The position numbers and the translations under genes were made by a program. Below the pieces are notes generated by a model that ran no database searches, was not told the origin of the DNA, and saw only the letters and a program-made list of their open reading frames with translations. Below, in pieces: positions 39,238-49,161 of a stretch of 64,000 bases of DNA. This DNA comes from Planctomycetales bacterium. GTDB lineage: Bacteria > 4484-113. Location of the stretch: the NCBI GenBank assembly GCA_037441675.1, contig JBBIRS010000002.1, positions 306,894 through 370,893 of the forward strand, given 5' to 3'. Every line of letters starts with the position of its first letter. Positions within the stretch are counted from its first letter, which is position 1.

Positions 39238-41496
39238 GTGCCTTGGCTTATGCGATTCAGCAGACAAAAGTCTCAACTCACAATTTATGTTGAGGAGAAG
39301 AGGGGAAGAGCTTTGCGACTTTCTGGAAGCAGGAGATACCTGAACAGACCTCAGAATTTCGTTATTGAGCGCTATTTTAACAGATGGGGAACTCTATATG
39401 ACCTACGACTTCTTCCGAAGTTCTTCAAAGATGCGGAACGGGTTTACCTTTCCGTTGAGCTAACGGACAAAGCGCGCGAGTTTTATCAGTCTGAAATTGA
39501 AAGAAGGACAGTTACGCTTGATACGAGAGTTGAACAGATTGGCGGGAACGAGCGCAAGACTAGACTACTAGTGACAGCAGCCCCAAAAGGAGAGGAATTT
39601 ACAAAAACGATTAACACAATCGTGCGTGAATACACAAATGAACATTACATTCTTAAGGACCCTTTAGACGCTTTTATTCTAGATGAAAGAGTGAAGCTTG
39701 CCGGCGGGATAATTGAGTATTTAGAGAACTTTAAGAAACTATTCCCCATCTTTATGAAGGACAGGCTCTCAATTGAGCCAAGCCAATCTTTTTACGGGCT
39801 GATCGCAGTGAGACACATTCGCGCAAGTCTAAATCCTGCTTTGAGAGAGTTATTAAATGACTATGTCGATGCTTTTCACCTGCTGCGAGAGCAGATAAAA
39901 CTTAGGGAATTCCTGAAGCGGGCTAGGGAAGCTGGAGCGAAGCTTAGAGTGCACGAAGAGGCAGAGAAAATTGCGCTTCAGGCGGAGATGATGGAAGACT
40001 TGATGATAAGAAAGGGAGAGCCCGTGAACGAAACGCTTGAGAACACATTGAAAAAAGGAGTTATTGCGCTACCAATCTCCGCTAACTTATACCGCTTCCA
40101 GCAGAGAGGGGTCGTGTTCCTAGCCTATAGAGGTCGGGCGTTACTCGCGGATGACATGGGACTTGGTAAGACAGTCCAGGCAATAGCTTCAGCCTTGGTG
40201 CTCAAATATTACGCTAACGTCAAACACATTCTTATAATATGCCCCGCTTCTCTCAAGCTTCAGTGGCAAAAGGAAATAATGCGCTTCACTAAAGAAAGTG
40301 TAAAGGTAGTCTCAGGTCAGGCAAAGGAGCGTGAGTTCATCTACCAGTCCTTGAAGGGGAATGAAGCGCCAACCTTTGTCGTTATAAATTACGAGCTTGT
40401 TTACCGGGATACTAAGGCTCTCCGAGAAATAGATTGGGACTTACTAATTCTGGATGAAGCCCAGAGGATAAAAAATTTCCGCACCCAAACATATTCCGCC
40501 ATTAAGAGCCTGCCTAACAAGTATGTCTTCGCACTAACTGGAACTCCGCTAGAAAACGAACTTTATGATCTTTACAACATTGTTGATTTTGTGAAACCGG
40601 GGATTCTTCCGGAGAATCCACTAAAGTTTCGTGAGAGATATTGCGAATTTGATGCGTTTGGCAAGGTTCGCGGGTACAAGAATATCTTTGAGGTTCAGCG
40701 CAAAATTTCCGCAATAACGCTTCGGCGCACGAAGGAGGATACACTCTCTGAGCTTCCGCCAATAATTGAAACCCCAATTTGGCTTGAGATGGACGATAAG
40801 CAGAGAAAAATTTACAAGGATGTCAAAAGAGGAATAAGAACGGTTCTAACTAAAGAGCAGTGGAGCGAATTAACTCTCAAGAACGTTATGGTTGAGCTTA
40901 TTCGACTTAGGGAAATTTGCGATAGCCTCCGCATTCATTTTCCAGAGGAAAAACCATCACCGAAGGAACGCGAGCTTATTGTGCTTCTTAAGGAACAGGT
41001 GGAAGGTAGAGCTAGGCAGGCGATAGTCTTTACCCAATGGACGAGAATGGCAAAGCTAATCGCGGAAGAGCTTGAGGATGCTAAGCTTCCCTACGCCTAT
41101 CTTCACGGCGGTACTGACGCAAAGGAAAGGGAAATCATTGTTAGTGAGTTTAGAGCTGGGAAATACAGTGTCTTTCTTTCAACCGACGCAGGAGGTGTTG
41201 GGCTAAACCTTCAGAATGCAAATCTGGTTATCAATATTGACTTGCCATTCAATCCAGCCAAGTTAGATCAAAGGGTTTCACGCGCGCATAGGTTGGGTCA
41301 GGCTGGAACGGTTAACGTGGTAAACCTTCTTATGAACGGAACAATTGAAGAGAACTTAATGAGAATTCTGCAAAAGCGAAAACGACTTTTTCATGAAGTA
41401 TTCTCCGCTTGGGAGGAAGGAGGAAAACCCGAGCAGATAACACTAGAAAAATACCTTAAAGACACTCGCGAGCTGGTAGAGGAGCTTTTAGGTTAG
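39238..41496 (+). CDS. SNF2-family helicase/ATPase
   Basis: LADDMGLGKT, DEAQRIKN, LTGTPLEN, GGVGLNLQ and QRVSRAHRLGQ motifs. Confidence 0.93.
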   Translation: MPWLMRFSRQKSQLTIYVEEKRGRALRLSGSRRYLNRPQNFVIERYFNRWGTLYDLRLLPKFFKDAERVYLSVELTDKAREFYQSEIERRTVTLDTRVEQIGGNERKTRLLVTAAPKGEEFTKTINTIVREYTNEHYILKDPLDAFILDERVKLAGGIIEYLENFKKLFPIFMKDRLSIEPSQSFYGLIAVRHIRASLNPALRELLNDYVDAFHLLREQIKLREFLKRAREAGAKLRVHEEAEKIALQAEMMEDLMIRKGEPVNETLENTLKKGVIALPISANLYRFQQRGVVFLAYRGRALLADDMGLGKTVQAIASALVLKYYANVKHILIICPASLKLQWQKEIMRFTKESVKVVSGQAKEREFIYQSLKGNEAPTFVVINYELVYRDTKALREIDWDLLILDEAQRIKNFRTQTYSAIKSLPNKYVFALTGTPLENELYDLYNIVDFVKPGILPENPLKFRERYCEFDAFGKVRGYKNIFEVQRKISAITLRRTKEDTLSELPPIIETPIWLEMDDKQRKIYKDVKRGIRTVLTKEQWSELTLKNVMVELIRLREICDSLRIHFPEEKPSPKERELIVLLKEQVEGRARQAIVFTQWTRMAKLIAEELEDAKLPYAYLHGGTDAKEREIIVSEFRAGKYSVFLSTDAGGVGLNLQNANLVINIDLPFNPAKLDQRVSRAHRLGQAGTVNVVNLLMNGTIEENLMRILQKRKRLFHEVFSAWEEGGKPEQITLEKYLKDTRELVEELLG

Positions 41497-41539
41497 TAAA
41501 AGATTAGCGCCGCAAAATTCTTTTAAGTTAACTTCAGAT

Positions 41540-41658
41540 ATACTCTTTGTGGGGCAAGGAAGGAAACTAAGGTAACAAGGAGCTAGCGAAGGGCGTTCAT
41601 TCTGTTAACGGATATATATCGCTCAAGTTATCTTGTTTAGTACTTCCCCAAAGAGTAT
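41540..41658 (+). ncRNA. Candidate structured RNA (long imperfect hairpin)
   Basis: Nested pairings ATACTCTTTG/CAAAGAGTAT, GAAG/CTTC, ACTAA/TTAGT, AGCGA/TCGCT and CGTT/AACG. Confidence 0.35.
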
Positions 41659-41953
41659 CAGGATGCCATTGCGGGGCATAACGAGCTAATCGCCTAATGT
41701 GTCAGAAGCAATAATGGCGAGATAATGAAGAGCCTTGGTGATGGGTTCATCTGCCTTTTTGGGACTGGGGATCAGTGCCTTTCAACCTCCGTTGAGTTGA
41801 ACAAGAATTTCAAGAACATTTCCCCGCTTTCTGATAACCTGCCTTTGCACACACAATACTCGCAGAACTTGGGGACTAGGAATTTGAGTTCGCGCTAGCT
41901 CATCAAATAAGCGAGGTTTTTACACTTCCTAGTTAGCAAACGCTCTCTATCCC

Positions 41954-43501
41954 CTAATCTCCGTGATTACCGTTGTACTTCTCCAAATCCTTCTCGGTTA
42001 TACGCCTAGCGCCAAAGAAACGGCGTTTGTAGTAGCCCTCGCTCATTGTGTTCACTTGGACTTCTCCCCCAGCACTACTTGCGTGAACGAAGTTACCGTC
42101 ACCAATATAGACGCCGACGTGGCTAGGCCCAGGCTTATATGTGGTGAAGAAAACAAGGTCGCCTACCCTTAGGTCTTCTTTGTCAACGGGGCTACCCATT
42201 TCGTAATACTGCTCGGATGCTCTGCGCGGGAGATTTTTTAAGCCAAACTGCTCCCTTAACAGAAAGTAGACAAAACCTGAGCAGTCAAAGCCTGATACCG
42301 AGTCTCCACCCCAGCGGTAAGGAATTCCTCGCAGGTCTAATCCACGCTTAGCAAGCTTTCGCCCAATATCTCTTCCAGCAGAGAGCTGAAAATCCTCAGT
42401 GGGAACTAGGTATTCACTGTAAACCCAGCCCTGTTTGCCAGAGTACTCCACAAGACTCCACTTTGGCTCCCTGCCTAGGACTTTAACCTCCTCGCCAAGA
42501 GAAAGCTGAGTTATGATATCAGCGTCAACGTTCGGTGTGGCTCTAAAGTTCACCACATCACCAACAACCTTGTATTTTGGTAGTCTTGGCGGTGAAACTT
42601 TAGCGTAAAGCGCATTTACCCACCCTTCAAAGCCGGTTTTGGGAGAGACAACCCAATACCAACCACTTAACTCCCCCTTCTTTACAAACCTTTCGCCTTG
42701 AGAAAGGGTGGTAATAACAGGGGCATTGAGGCTAGGTTCTTCTCTTAAATTAACGTTATCTGCGGTTATCTCAACTTCATGAAGCTGGGATACAAAACTT
42801 CCAAAAACAAAACCACGCTTCTCCAAGAATGGTACGCTAACGTGATACCAAGGGCCTGAAATTCCGACTAAGTATACCTTGCATCCCTTTTCAAGAGTAG
42901 CTATAACCTCGCTCTTGAGGTTGGGTTCTGCACGCAAGTTAACCTCGTTACCGGATATCAAGGCAATTGGCGGATGCTCGGGGGAAAACTCCTTCGCGGT
43001 TTCCGGAGATAGAACCGGCACTGGGGCGGTATCTTTACCATCAGGGCTTTTCTTATCTTTAGATTTAACACTCTCATCTGACTCACTGTTACTACTACTA
43101 TTTCTTGACTTGGATGTATTGATCGAATCCTGCGAAATCTCGTTGTCAGCATTTCCTCCATTCCCGCTTGAGCTATAATCAGCTTTTGAAGGTAATGTAG
43201 GAGAATATCCCGTAAAAGATAAGCTTTCCAACTTCTTCAGTGCTTTTGTTAGAACCCATCCTTTCTCGCCTATTATGGGGACGAAGACGTAACACCAGTT
43301 ATCTCTTTCCTTAATTATGAAGACCTCAGTATCTAATTCAAGGGTAGAAATGGTTGTAGCTGATGCAGAGGGAATCTTGCGAAGATTCACCCTTTCTTGA
43401 ATGATCTGGGCAGGAACATCCGCCCGAACTCGTCCGCTTACAAGCGAAATCGCAATTGTAATAAACAGGGAACAAGTAATTATGGTTAATCTCTTTCTCA
43501 T
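41954..43501 (-). CDS. SH3b-repeat NlpC/P60 cell-wall endopeptidase
   Basis: Signal peptide; four VNLR/VNFR SH3b repeats; PYRWGG, GFDCSG and HVGVYIG..FVHAS motifs. Confidence 0.93.
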   Translation of the reverse strand: MRKRLTIITCSLFITIAISLVSGRVRADVPAQIIQERVNLRKIPSASATTISTLELDTEVFIIKERDNWCYVFVPIIGEKGWVLTKALKKLESLSFTGYSPTLPSKADYSSSGNGGNADNEISQDSINTSKSRNSSSNSESDESVKSKDKKSPDGKDTAPVPVLSPETAKEFSPEHPPIALISGNEVNLRAEPNLKSEVIATLEKGCKVYLVGISGPWYHVSVPFLEKRGFVFGSFVSQLHEVEITADNVNLREEPSLNAPVITTLSQGERFVKKGELSGWYWVVSPKTGFEGWVNALYAKVSPPRLPKYKVVGDVVNFRATPNVDADIITQLSLGEEVKVLGREPKWSLVEYSGKQGWVYSEYLVPTEDFQLSAGRDIGRKLAKRGLDLRGIPYRWGGDSVSGFDCSGFVYFLLREQFGLKNLPRRASEQYYEMGSPVDKEDLRVGDLVFFTTYKPGPSHVGVYIGDGNFVHASSAGGEVQVNTMSEGYYKRRFFGARRITEKDLEKYNGNHGD

Positions 43502-44013
43502 TAGCCTCCTAGAAATATAGAAAGCCTCCCTTTAGGGTGAACTTGATAACATAATATCACATTCTAGGAAGTCAAATCAAATCTCAGCTCAGATAACGAG
43601 AAGCCTATAACGATGTTTTTAGAATTCCGCTTCTAAAAGACGAGGTCTAAACATAAACTGTTCAAATTACTATGTAAAGGTAAAATGCGACTTGACTTTG
43701 TTTATTTCGTTGTGAATAAGAGGTGCGTATCCATCCCGTATTTTGAATTTAATTGATCGATAACTTACCTAAAAATTGTTTGCTATAGTTTGTTAAAGAT
43801 AGAAAGAATAAAAAATAACCATCAATCAATAAATTATTCATGTTGAAGACGATGTTTTACACCGCTTCAGTTCAAGGATTAGCTAACTTATCAAGAAATT
43901 AAACAACTCTACAACTACTACTCTATTTATATTATTTATTTTATTATTATTTTTTATCTTAATCTTGCATTCTTGAATTTACTCTAGTAAATAGTCTTAT
44001 CGAACCTAGATAT

Positions 44014-44859
44014 TTAGTCAATTTGAACTGGATCAATTTCAATTTCCTGCAACTTCTTACCAAATGCTACATTAGACTTTGAAAAGAGGATCTTGAGCGC
44101 TCTTACCACTTCTGGTTTAAGGTTAAGTGAATTTTCATTAACATAAAGTGAAACAAATGATTGGATCTTATTAGCATTTATCCCTCTTGAATATTCCATT
44201 GCATATGCCATTGCTTCAGTTGGATTTGAGAGAGAAAACTCAATACTCTTTCGTAAAAGTAGTGCGAGCTTTCTCTTTATCTCTTCTGGTAAGGTTCGTC
44301 TAATCACATTGCCACCAAGAGGTAGTGGGATGCCAAATTCCTTCTTCCACCAATCACCAAGATCAACCACAAGCTCCAGGTTCATTTCTCTGTATGTAAT
44401 CTGAGCTTCATGAATAAGTAAGCCGGCGTCAATTGAGCCGGCGAGTACACGTGATGGAATTTCGGTGAACTCCATCTCTACAGCATTTTGAGGCTCATCA
44501 GCCTTTAGGTAATGAAGTAGAACCAAATAGGCGCTAGTTGTTATGCCAGGGATGCCTATCTTCCTTGAGGCAAGATTTTCAAAAGTTGATCCAGCTTTAG
44601 CCACAACAACAGGTCCATAACCATCTCCCACACTTGCTCCACATGGAAGTAATTGATAGCGCTTATAAATTAAAGGATAAATGGCAAAGCTTATTGCACT
44701 TATATCCCATTTTGAGTTTAGTGCATCTAGGTTAAGGGAGTGAATATCATTTACAATGTGTTCAAATTCAAATCCCTCTGTATTAATTTTGCCGGACGCT
44801 AATCCATAGAACATAAACGCGTCGTCAGCATCAGGCGTATGTGCAACCGTTACATTCAC
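44014..44859 (-). CDS. mqnD: MqnD-family 1,4-dihydroxy-6-naphthoate synthase (futalosine pathway)
   Basis: HTPDADDAFMFY, GDGYGP, LLIHE, DLGDWW and PLPLGG motifs. Confidence 0.85.
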   Translation of the reverse strand: MNVTVAHTPDADDAFMFYGLASGKINTEGFEFEHIVNDIHSLNLDALNSKWDISAISFAIYPLIYKRYQLLPCGASVGDGYGPVVVAKAGSTFENLASRKIGIPGITTSAYLVLLHYLKADEPQNAVEMEFTEIPSRVLAGSIDAGLLIHEAQITYREMNLELVVDLGDWWKKEFGIPLPLGGNVIRRTLPEEIKRKLALLLRKSIEFSLSNPTEAMAYAMEYSRGINANKIQSFVSLYVNENSLNLKPEVVRALKILFSKSNVAFGKKLQEIEIDPVQID

Positions 44860-44931
44860 TACTTTATTCTATCAGAGAATGCTCCTTTTCTACTTTGTTG
44901 GTGTAGAATTTATTTAGTCAGGAGTAAATTT

Positions 44932-45918
44932 ATGAGCAAGAAATTTTGGATTGCGTTCATAGTATTTGGAATATTCTTTATAGGTCTTGCGATTACCGCA
45001 ATGATAAGCCTTGGGCAAATCTCTGGTTTGTCTAGTTCGCGAGGCAAATTAAGGGTCGGTGTGCCAAAGGTGGCTATGATTTACCTTGAGGGCATAATTG
45101 TAGGTGATTCCAAAGGAGGGGCGGATTTCTTCAGTGGTAACTTAGTCTCATCCGTTGAAGCGGTTCGGCTACTTGAAGATGCTCGGCAAGATTCAAGTGT
45201 CAAGGCAGTCTTGTTACGTGTGAACTCTCCCGGCGGAAGCGCAGCTGCAAGTCAAGAGATATACAACGCTATCAAGAAGCTCAAGGAAGAAAAGCCAGTA
45301 GTAGTTAGTATGGGCGATTTGGCGGCAAGTGGTGGTTATTACATATCTTCCGCTGCTAACTATATTTTTGCCAATCCCGCAACTCTTACTGGAAGCATTG
45401 GCGTTCTATTTGACACCATTGAGTTCTCTGAGCTTATGAAGAACGTGGGCATTTCTAGTCAAACACTGAAAGCAGGAGAGTTCAAGGATATCGCAAGCCC
45501 ATGGAGGAAGATGACAGAAAAGGAACGCGAATTACTTCAAGAGATGCTTGACCAGGTTCACCATCAATTCATCAAGGCAGTTGCAGAAGGTAGAAAGATA
45601 GATGAAAGTAAGGTTAAGGCTGTGGCAACTGGGGTGATAATGACAGGTGAACAGGCGGTGAAGGTTGGTCTGGCGGACGCTGTTGGTGGACTTGAAGATG
45701 CTAAAGTAAAAGCAAGAGAGCTCGGGAAGCTTCCCAAAGACGCCGAAGTTGTGGAATACAAGAAGAAGCCTAGTCTCTTTGAGCTTTTTGAGATGTTTGG
45801 AAGTGAGACGAGACTATCTGCTCTCCTCAAACTTAAGTCTGGTACGCAATTTGAGAATGGGCTGGAGAGCCTTGCACGTAGGCTTTTTCTAAGTGATATT
45901 GGCTTTTCGCTTAGGTAG
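44932..45918 (+). CDS. sppA: Signal peptide peptidase SppA (S49)
   Basis: NSPGGS, AASGGYYI and TGSIGV motifs; ATG 44932 follows AGGAG. Confidence 0.93.
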   Translation: MSKKFWIAFIVFGIFFIGLAITAMISLGQISGLSSSRGKLRVGVPKVAMIYLEGIIVGDSKGGADFFSGNLVSSVEAVRLLEDARQDSSVKAVLLRVNSPGGSAAASQEIYNAIKKLKEEKPVVVSMGDLAASGGYYISSAANYIFANPATLTGSIGVLFDTIEFSELMKNVGISSQTLKAGEFKDIASPWRKMTEKERELLQEMLDQVHHQFIKAVAEGRKIDESKVKAVATGVIMTGEQAVKVGLADAVGGLEDAKVKARELGKLPKDAEVVEYKKKPSLFELFEMFGSETRLSALLKLKSGTQFENGLESLARRLFLSDIGFSLR

Positions 45919-45977
45919 GATGAAGAGCGGTAAAAGTCTGAGATAGGTTAAATTGACCTTGATGAGGAAGGCTTTCG

Positions 45978-47183
45978 TTATTCACTTTCCCCTACCGGCA
46001 TTGGGAAGTAAATCCTAATAGCTTCTAAATCCACGAGGGCGGTATCATCGCGCCCAATCACAGTCGGAAGTGGTCCCCATTCATCTTTTCCTCGCATCTT
46101 GGCTAAGACATAAAATCGTGAAAGTAATCTGTTCAGTGCTGAAATATCCTTGTGCTCCGGAGAGTTGGAAAGAAGCGGGATGAAGCTAGGGAAAAGGTAG
46201 TCGGAGAAAAGCGGTGGTTGACCCTCCCAGGAAGGCTCTAGTGCGTTTAGTGGTCCCACCACCATCCATTGAGTCAGGGTGCGAGCGAGGGTCATTTCAG
46301 GAGACATTGCATGCTCACGTGGGATTATCTGGAATCCGCCAATCTGACCCAATGGTGACGTGCTTATATCAATGACGCCTGGATGGTTGGCGCGAATCCT
46401 TCCAACACGAGCATAAGTTGTTCCCATAAATCGTCCCACGCCCGCGACTGGCTTTAATACCTGCCCGAGAGCTTCAGGCTCCCTGCCGAGGTATTTAATT
46501 TTTATTAGGCCGCCAAACTTGTTTTCAAATTCAATATAAACCGGTGTGGTAGGATGGCTGACCATAATTATCAAAGCGTCACCCTCTGCTGGAATGTACT
46601 CCTCTGGCATAACTTCCGATTTGCCACCGAACAATTGTTCCATTCCGCTTTTGGATTGAGTTAGAACGTCAGATAAAATGTTGGATCTCATATTTTCGGG
46701 GAGCAACTCCGCTACCCGAATTTGACTACCAACAACCGGCGCAAACCCTCCGCCAAAGATACCTGTCCCAGCGGGAATATCGGTGAAAAGGGATGTGTTT
46801 TTGTTTAGGTAGCTCTTGTATTCAGCGGGATCAATGTTCAGAAATTCTCTTGGTAGAATTGAGAAAATGACTCCTCTGCCAGTTTCCGGGTTGTTGCGCA
46901 CTTTGACGTGAATTGCGTTAACTGCGGTAGCGCACACGGTTCCATCCTTACTCCACTTGCTTGCGGTGAATCCATCATTATTGACCGCACCAACCGGTAT
47001 TATTACTTTGCCAACTTGAATCGCTTCTTCTCCTTGCCAAATAAGAATGCGCCCATCCTTTACATTTTCAATGACAATAGAGAAGTTTGCCATTGGGTTA
47101 AATGCCCTAGCGGGTAACGCAAGAACTGCCTCCTGCAAAGAGGTGGCGATTAAAAGCAAAAGGGAGAAAATGAGACTTTTCAC
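45978..47183 (-). CDS. Hypothetical exported protein
   Basis: Signal peptide; motif-like blocks AVNAIH, RANHPGVIDISTSP, GFQIIP and QWMVV. Confidence 0.7.
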   Translation of the reverse strand: MKSLIFSLLLLIATSLQEAVLALPARAFNPMANFSIVIENVKDGRILIWQGEEAIQVGKVIIPVGAVNNDGFTASKWSKDGTVCATAVNAIHVKVRNNPETGRGVIFSILPREFLNIDPAEYKSYLNKNTSLFTDIPAGTGIFGGGFAPVVGSQIRVAELLPENMRSNILSDVLTQSKSGMEQLFGGKSEVMPEEYIPAEGDALIIMVSHPTTPVYIEFENKFGGLIKIKYLGREPEALGQVLKPVAGVGRFMGTTYARVGRIRANHPGVIDISTSPLGQIGGFQIIPREHAMSPEMTLARTLTQWMVVGPLNALEPSWEGQPPLFSDYLFPSFIPLLSNSPEHKDISALNRLLSRFYVLAKMRGKDEWGPLPTVIGRDDTALVDLEAIRIYFPMPVGESE

Positions 47184-47908
47184 GGTCGTTTATCAACTTG
47201 AGTATTTGTGAATTTAGTGGAAAGCCAAGTTTTCAATATCTCCCAATACATTCTAAGGCGAGAGATAAAGCCCTTCGCAAAGCCCCTCTTTTCTTCTTTC
47301 ATTAGTTGAGAGACACCGTCTAATTCTATTACGCGAATGTTTATATTATTCTCCTGAAAGTAACGATTTAACGCAGTTTCTATGCCAAAACCAACGTACT
47401 CCCATTTCTTGAAGCCCGTAAGGTCTTTCTTAAAACAAGCCCGTTGACCACTGATAAAGGGCGAAATCTTTTGGGCGAGTGTGGTGAATGTCCTGCCGCC
47501 TGTGAAAACCCCCAAAGAAGAACGGTATTTGCCACCCTCCAGAAGCGGTTCTAGCAGGGCTTTGATATGTCTAGGCTCCAGATTTATTAGGTCGGCATCC
47601 AAAAATACCACTATATCAGAGTCCGCAAGATTTAAGCCATCTCTTAATGAAATTGCCTTGCCAAGATTGTGGGCGTGAGTTACAGTTCTGAATGTGGGAA
47701 GAATTGTTCCAGGTGGGTTATTAGACTTTACCTGCTCTGCAAAGTTACTAAAAATTTCTGAAGTTTTATCTGTACACCCATCATCAACTAGTATTATTTC
47801 TTTGAAGATACCCGATTCAACTGCAGGTTTCAACACACCTCTAATAGTTCTTTCCTCGTTGAAGGCAGGGATTATAAGACTGGCGGTCATAGTAAAAACC
47901 TCTTGCAT
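47180..47908 (-). CDS. Family 2 glycosyltransferase
   Basis: IIPAFNEE, VDDGCTD, FLDADL and SGQR motifs. Confidence 0.9.
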   Translation of the reverse strand: MQEVFTMTASLIIPAFNEERTIRGVLKPAVESGIFKEIILVDDGCTDKTSEIFSNFAEQVKSNNPPGTILPTFRTVTHAHNLGKAISLRDGLNLADSDIVVFLDADLINLEPRHIKALLEPLLEGGKYRSSLGVFTGGRTFTTLAQKISPFISGQRACFKKDLTGFKKWEYVGFGIETALNRYFQENNINIRVIELDGVSQLMKEEKRGFAKGFISRLRMYWEILKTWLSTKFTNTQVDKRP

Positions 47909-47929
47909 CTTTATGCTTCTTAGAAAACT

Positions 47930-49084
47930 CTACGAGCTATTAGGATTCTCTTTTCGAAATTCTTCTTCCGCAATTCTGATTTCTTCTCTAAGTGCCTCGC
48001 GGGCTTCCTCAAGGGTAAGATCTTTACGCGTAATCTTACCCTTTCTGAATACGACGAACTTTCCCGCTGCTGCCATAATGCCCACGTCCGCATCTTCCGC
48101 TTCACCTGGACCGTTTACCGCACATCCCATCACTGCAACGCTTATAGGTGTATTAAGTGAGATTACCTCGCCGAGAATTTCGTTAGTCATCTTAATAAGG
48201 TCAAATTCAACGCGGGCGCAAGTTGGGCAAGCAATAATGCGAGGAAACTTACGCACGCCGAGGCTTGATAGTATCTCCTTGCAGATAACTACTTCGTCCA
48301 CCACGTCCGACGCAAGGGAGGCGCGAATGGTGTCGCCGATTCCCTCCGCTAGTAATAGTCCTATTCCCAGAGCAGAGCGAGCAGAGCCAATTATCCCTGG
48401 CCCAGCTTCGGTAATTCCAATATGAAGAGGATAATCGCTTTCAGCAGCGTATCTTCTATAACATTCCACAGTAACCGGAACATCGCTGGACTTTAAGGAT
48501 ACAACAATATTCTTTATTCCATAGCTCTCTAGAATTTCCACATATCTGTGTGCGCTTTGCACAATTGCGGCAACCGGGTCTTCACGGTAGAGTGGTTGAA
48601 GGTCGTATGCGATGGAACCGCTATTTACACCCACACGGACTGGTATCCCGCGTTTGACAAGCTCTTTTGCCACAGGTTCTAGTCTCCATTCTGATACGAT
48701 GTTTCCGGGATTCAATCGCACTTTATTTACCCCCGCTTCAATGGCGGCAAGTGCCATCTCTGGATGAAAATGAATATCCGCGATTAGTGGAACGCGCATT
48801 TGTTTCTTAATCGCGGGTAGAGCATCTGCACTTCGCTTATCAGGGACACTAACGCGAATAAGCTCACATCCCGCATCTTCTAATCGGCGAATCTCCGCTA
48901 GCGTTGCATCAACGTCAAACGTGTCGGTTGTTGTCATTGACTGAATGGCGACGGAATTATCCCCGCCAATGACCACCTTACCAATGGCTACCTCCCTACG
49001 CTTGGGGTATTTATTTGGCATACTTCCAATCGCAGTCACACTGGAAAAGATTAGCTTATCCTTAGTTACGCTCATTTCAACCAA
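47930..49084 (-). CDS. ispG: 4-hydroxy-3-methylbut-2-en-1-yl diphosphate synthase
   Basis: QSMT, ADIHF, RLNPGN, GITEAG, CPTCAR and MGCAVNGPGE motifs. Confidence 0.97.
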   Translation of the reverse strand: MVEMSVTKDKLIFSSVTAIGSMPNKYPKRREVAIGKVVIGGDNSVAIQSMTTTDTFDVDATLAEIRRLEDAGCELIRVSVPDKRSADALPAIKKQMRVPLIADIHFHPEMALAAIEAGVNKVRLNPGNIVSEWRLEPVAKELVKRGIPVRVGVNSGSIAYDLQPLYREDPVAAIVQSAHRYVEILESYGIKNIVVSLKSSDVPVTVECYRRYAAESDYPLHIGITEAGPGIIGSARSALGIGLLLAEGIGDTIRASLASDVVDEVVICKEILSSLGVRKFPRIIACPTCARVEFDLIKMTNEILGEVISLNTPISVAVMGCAVNGPGEAEDADVGIMAAAGKFVVFRKGKITRKDLTLEEAREALREEIRIAEEEFRKENPNSS

Positions 49085-49161
49085 CTATTATATCCGACAT
49101 TATCATAACCGACTAAGCCTGTTATACTCTGATATACCTTTTTTGTGGAGGTAAAGTTCTT

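Noticed and set aside
43502..44013. AT-rich 500-bp intergenic region as oriC
   Set aside because: Only one DnaA-box-like 9-mer (TGTGAATAA, 43711-43719) was seen, with no box cluster and no dnaA nearby.
47694..48425. 243-aa plus-strand ORF and similar antisense ORFs across the window
   Set aside because: They lie antisense to well-supported genes (ispG, GT2) and carry no motifs.
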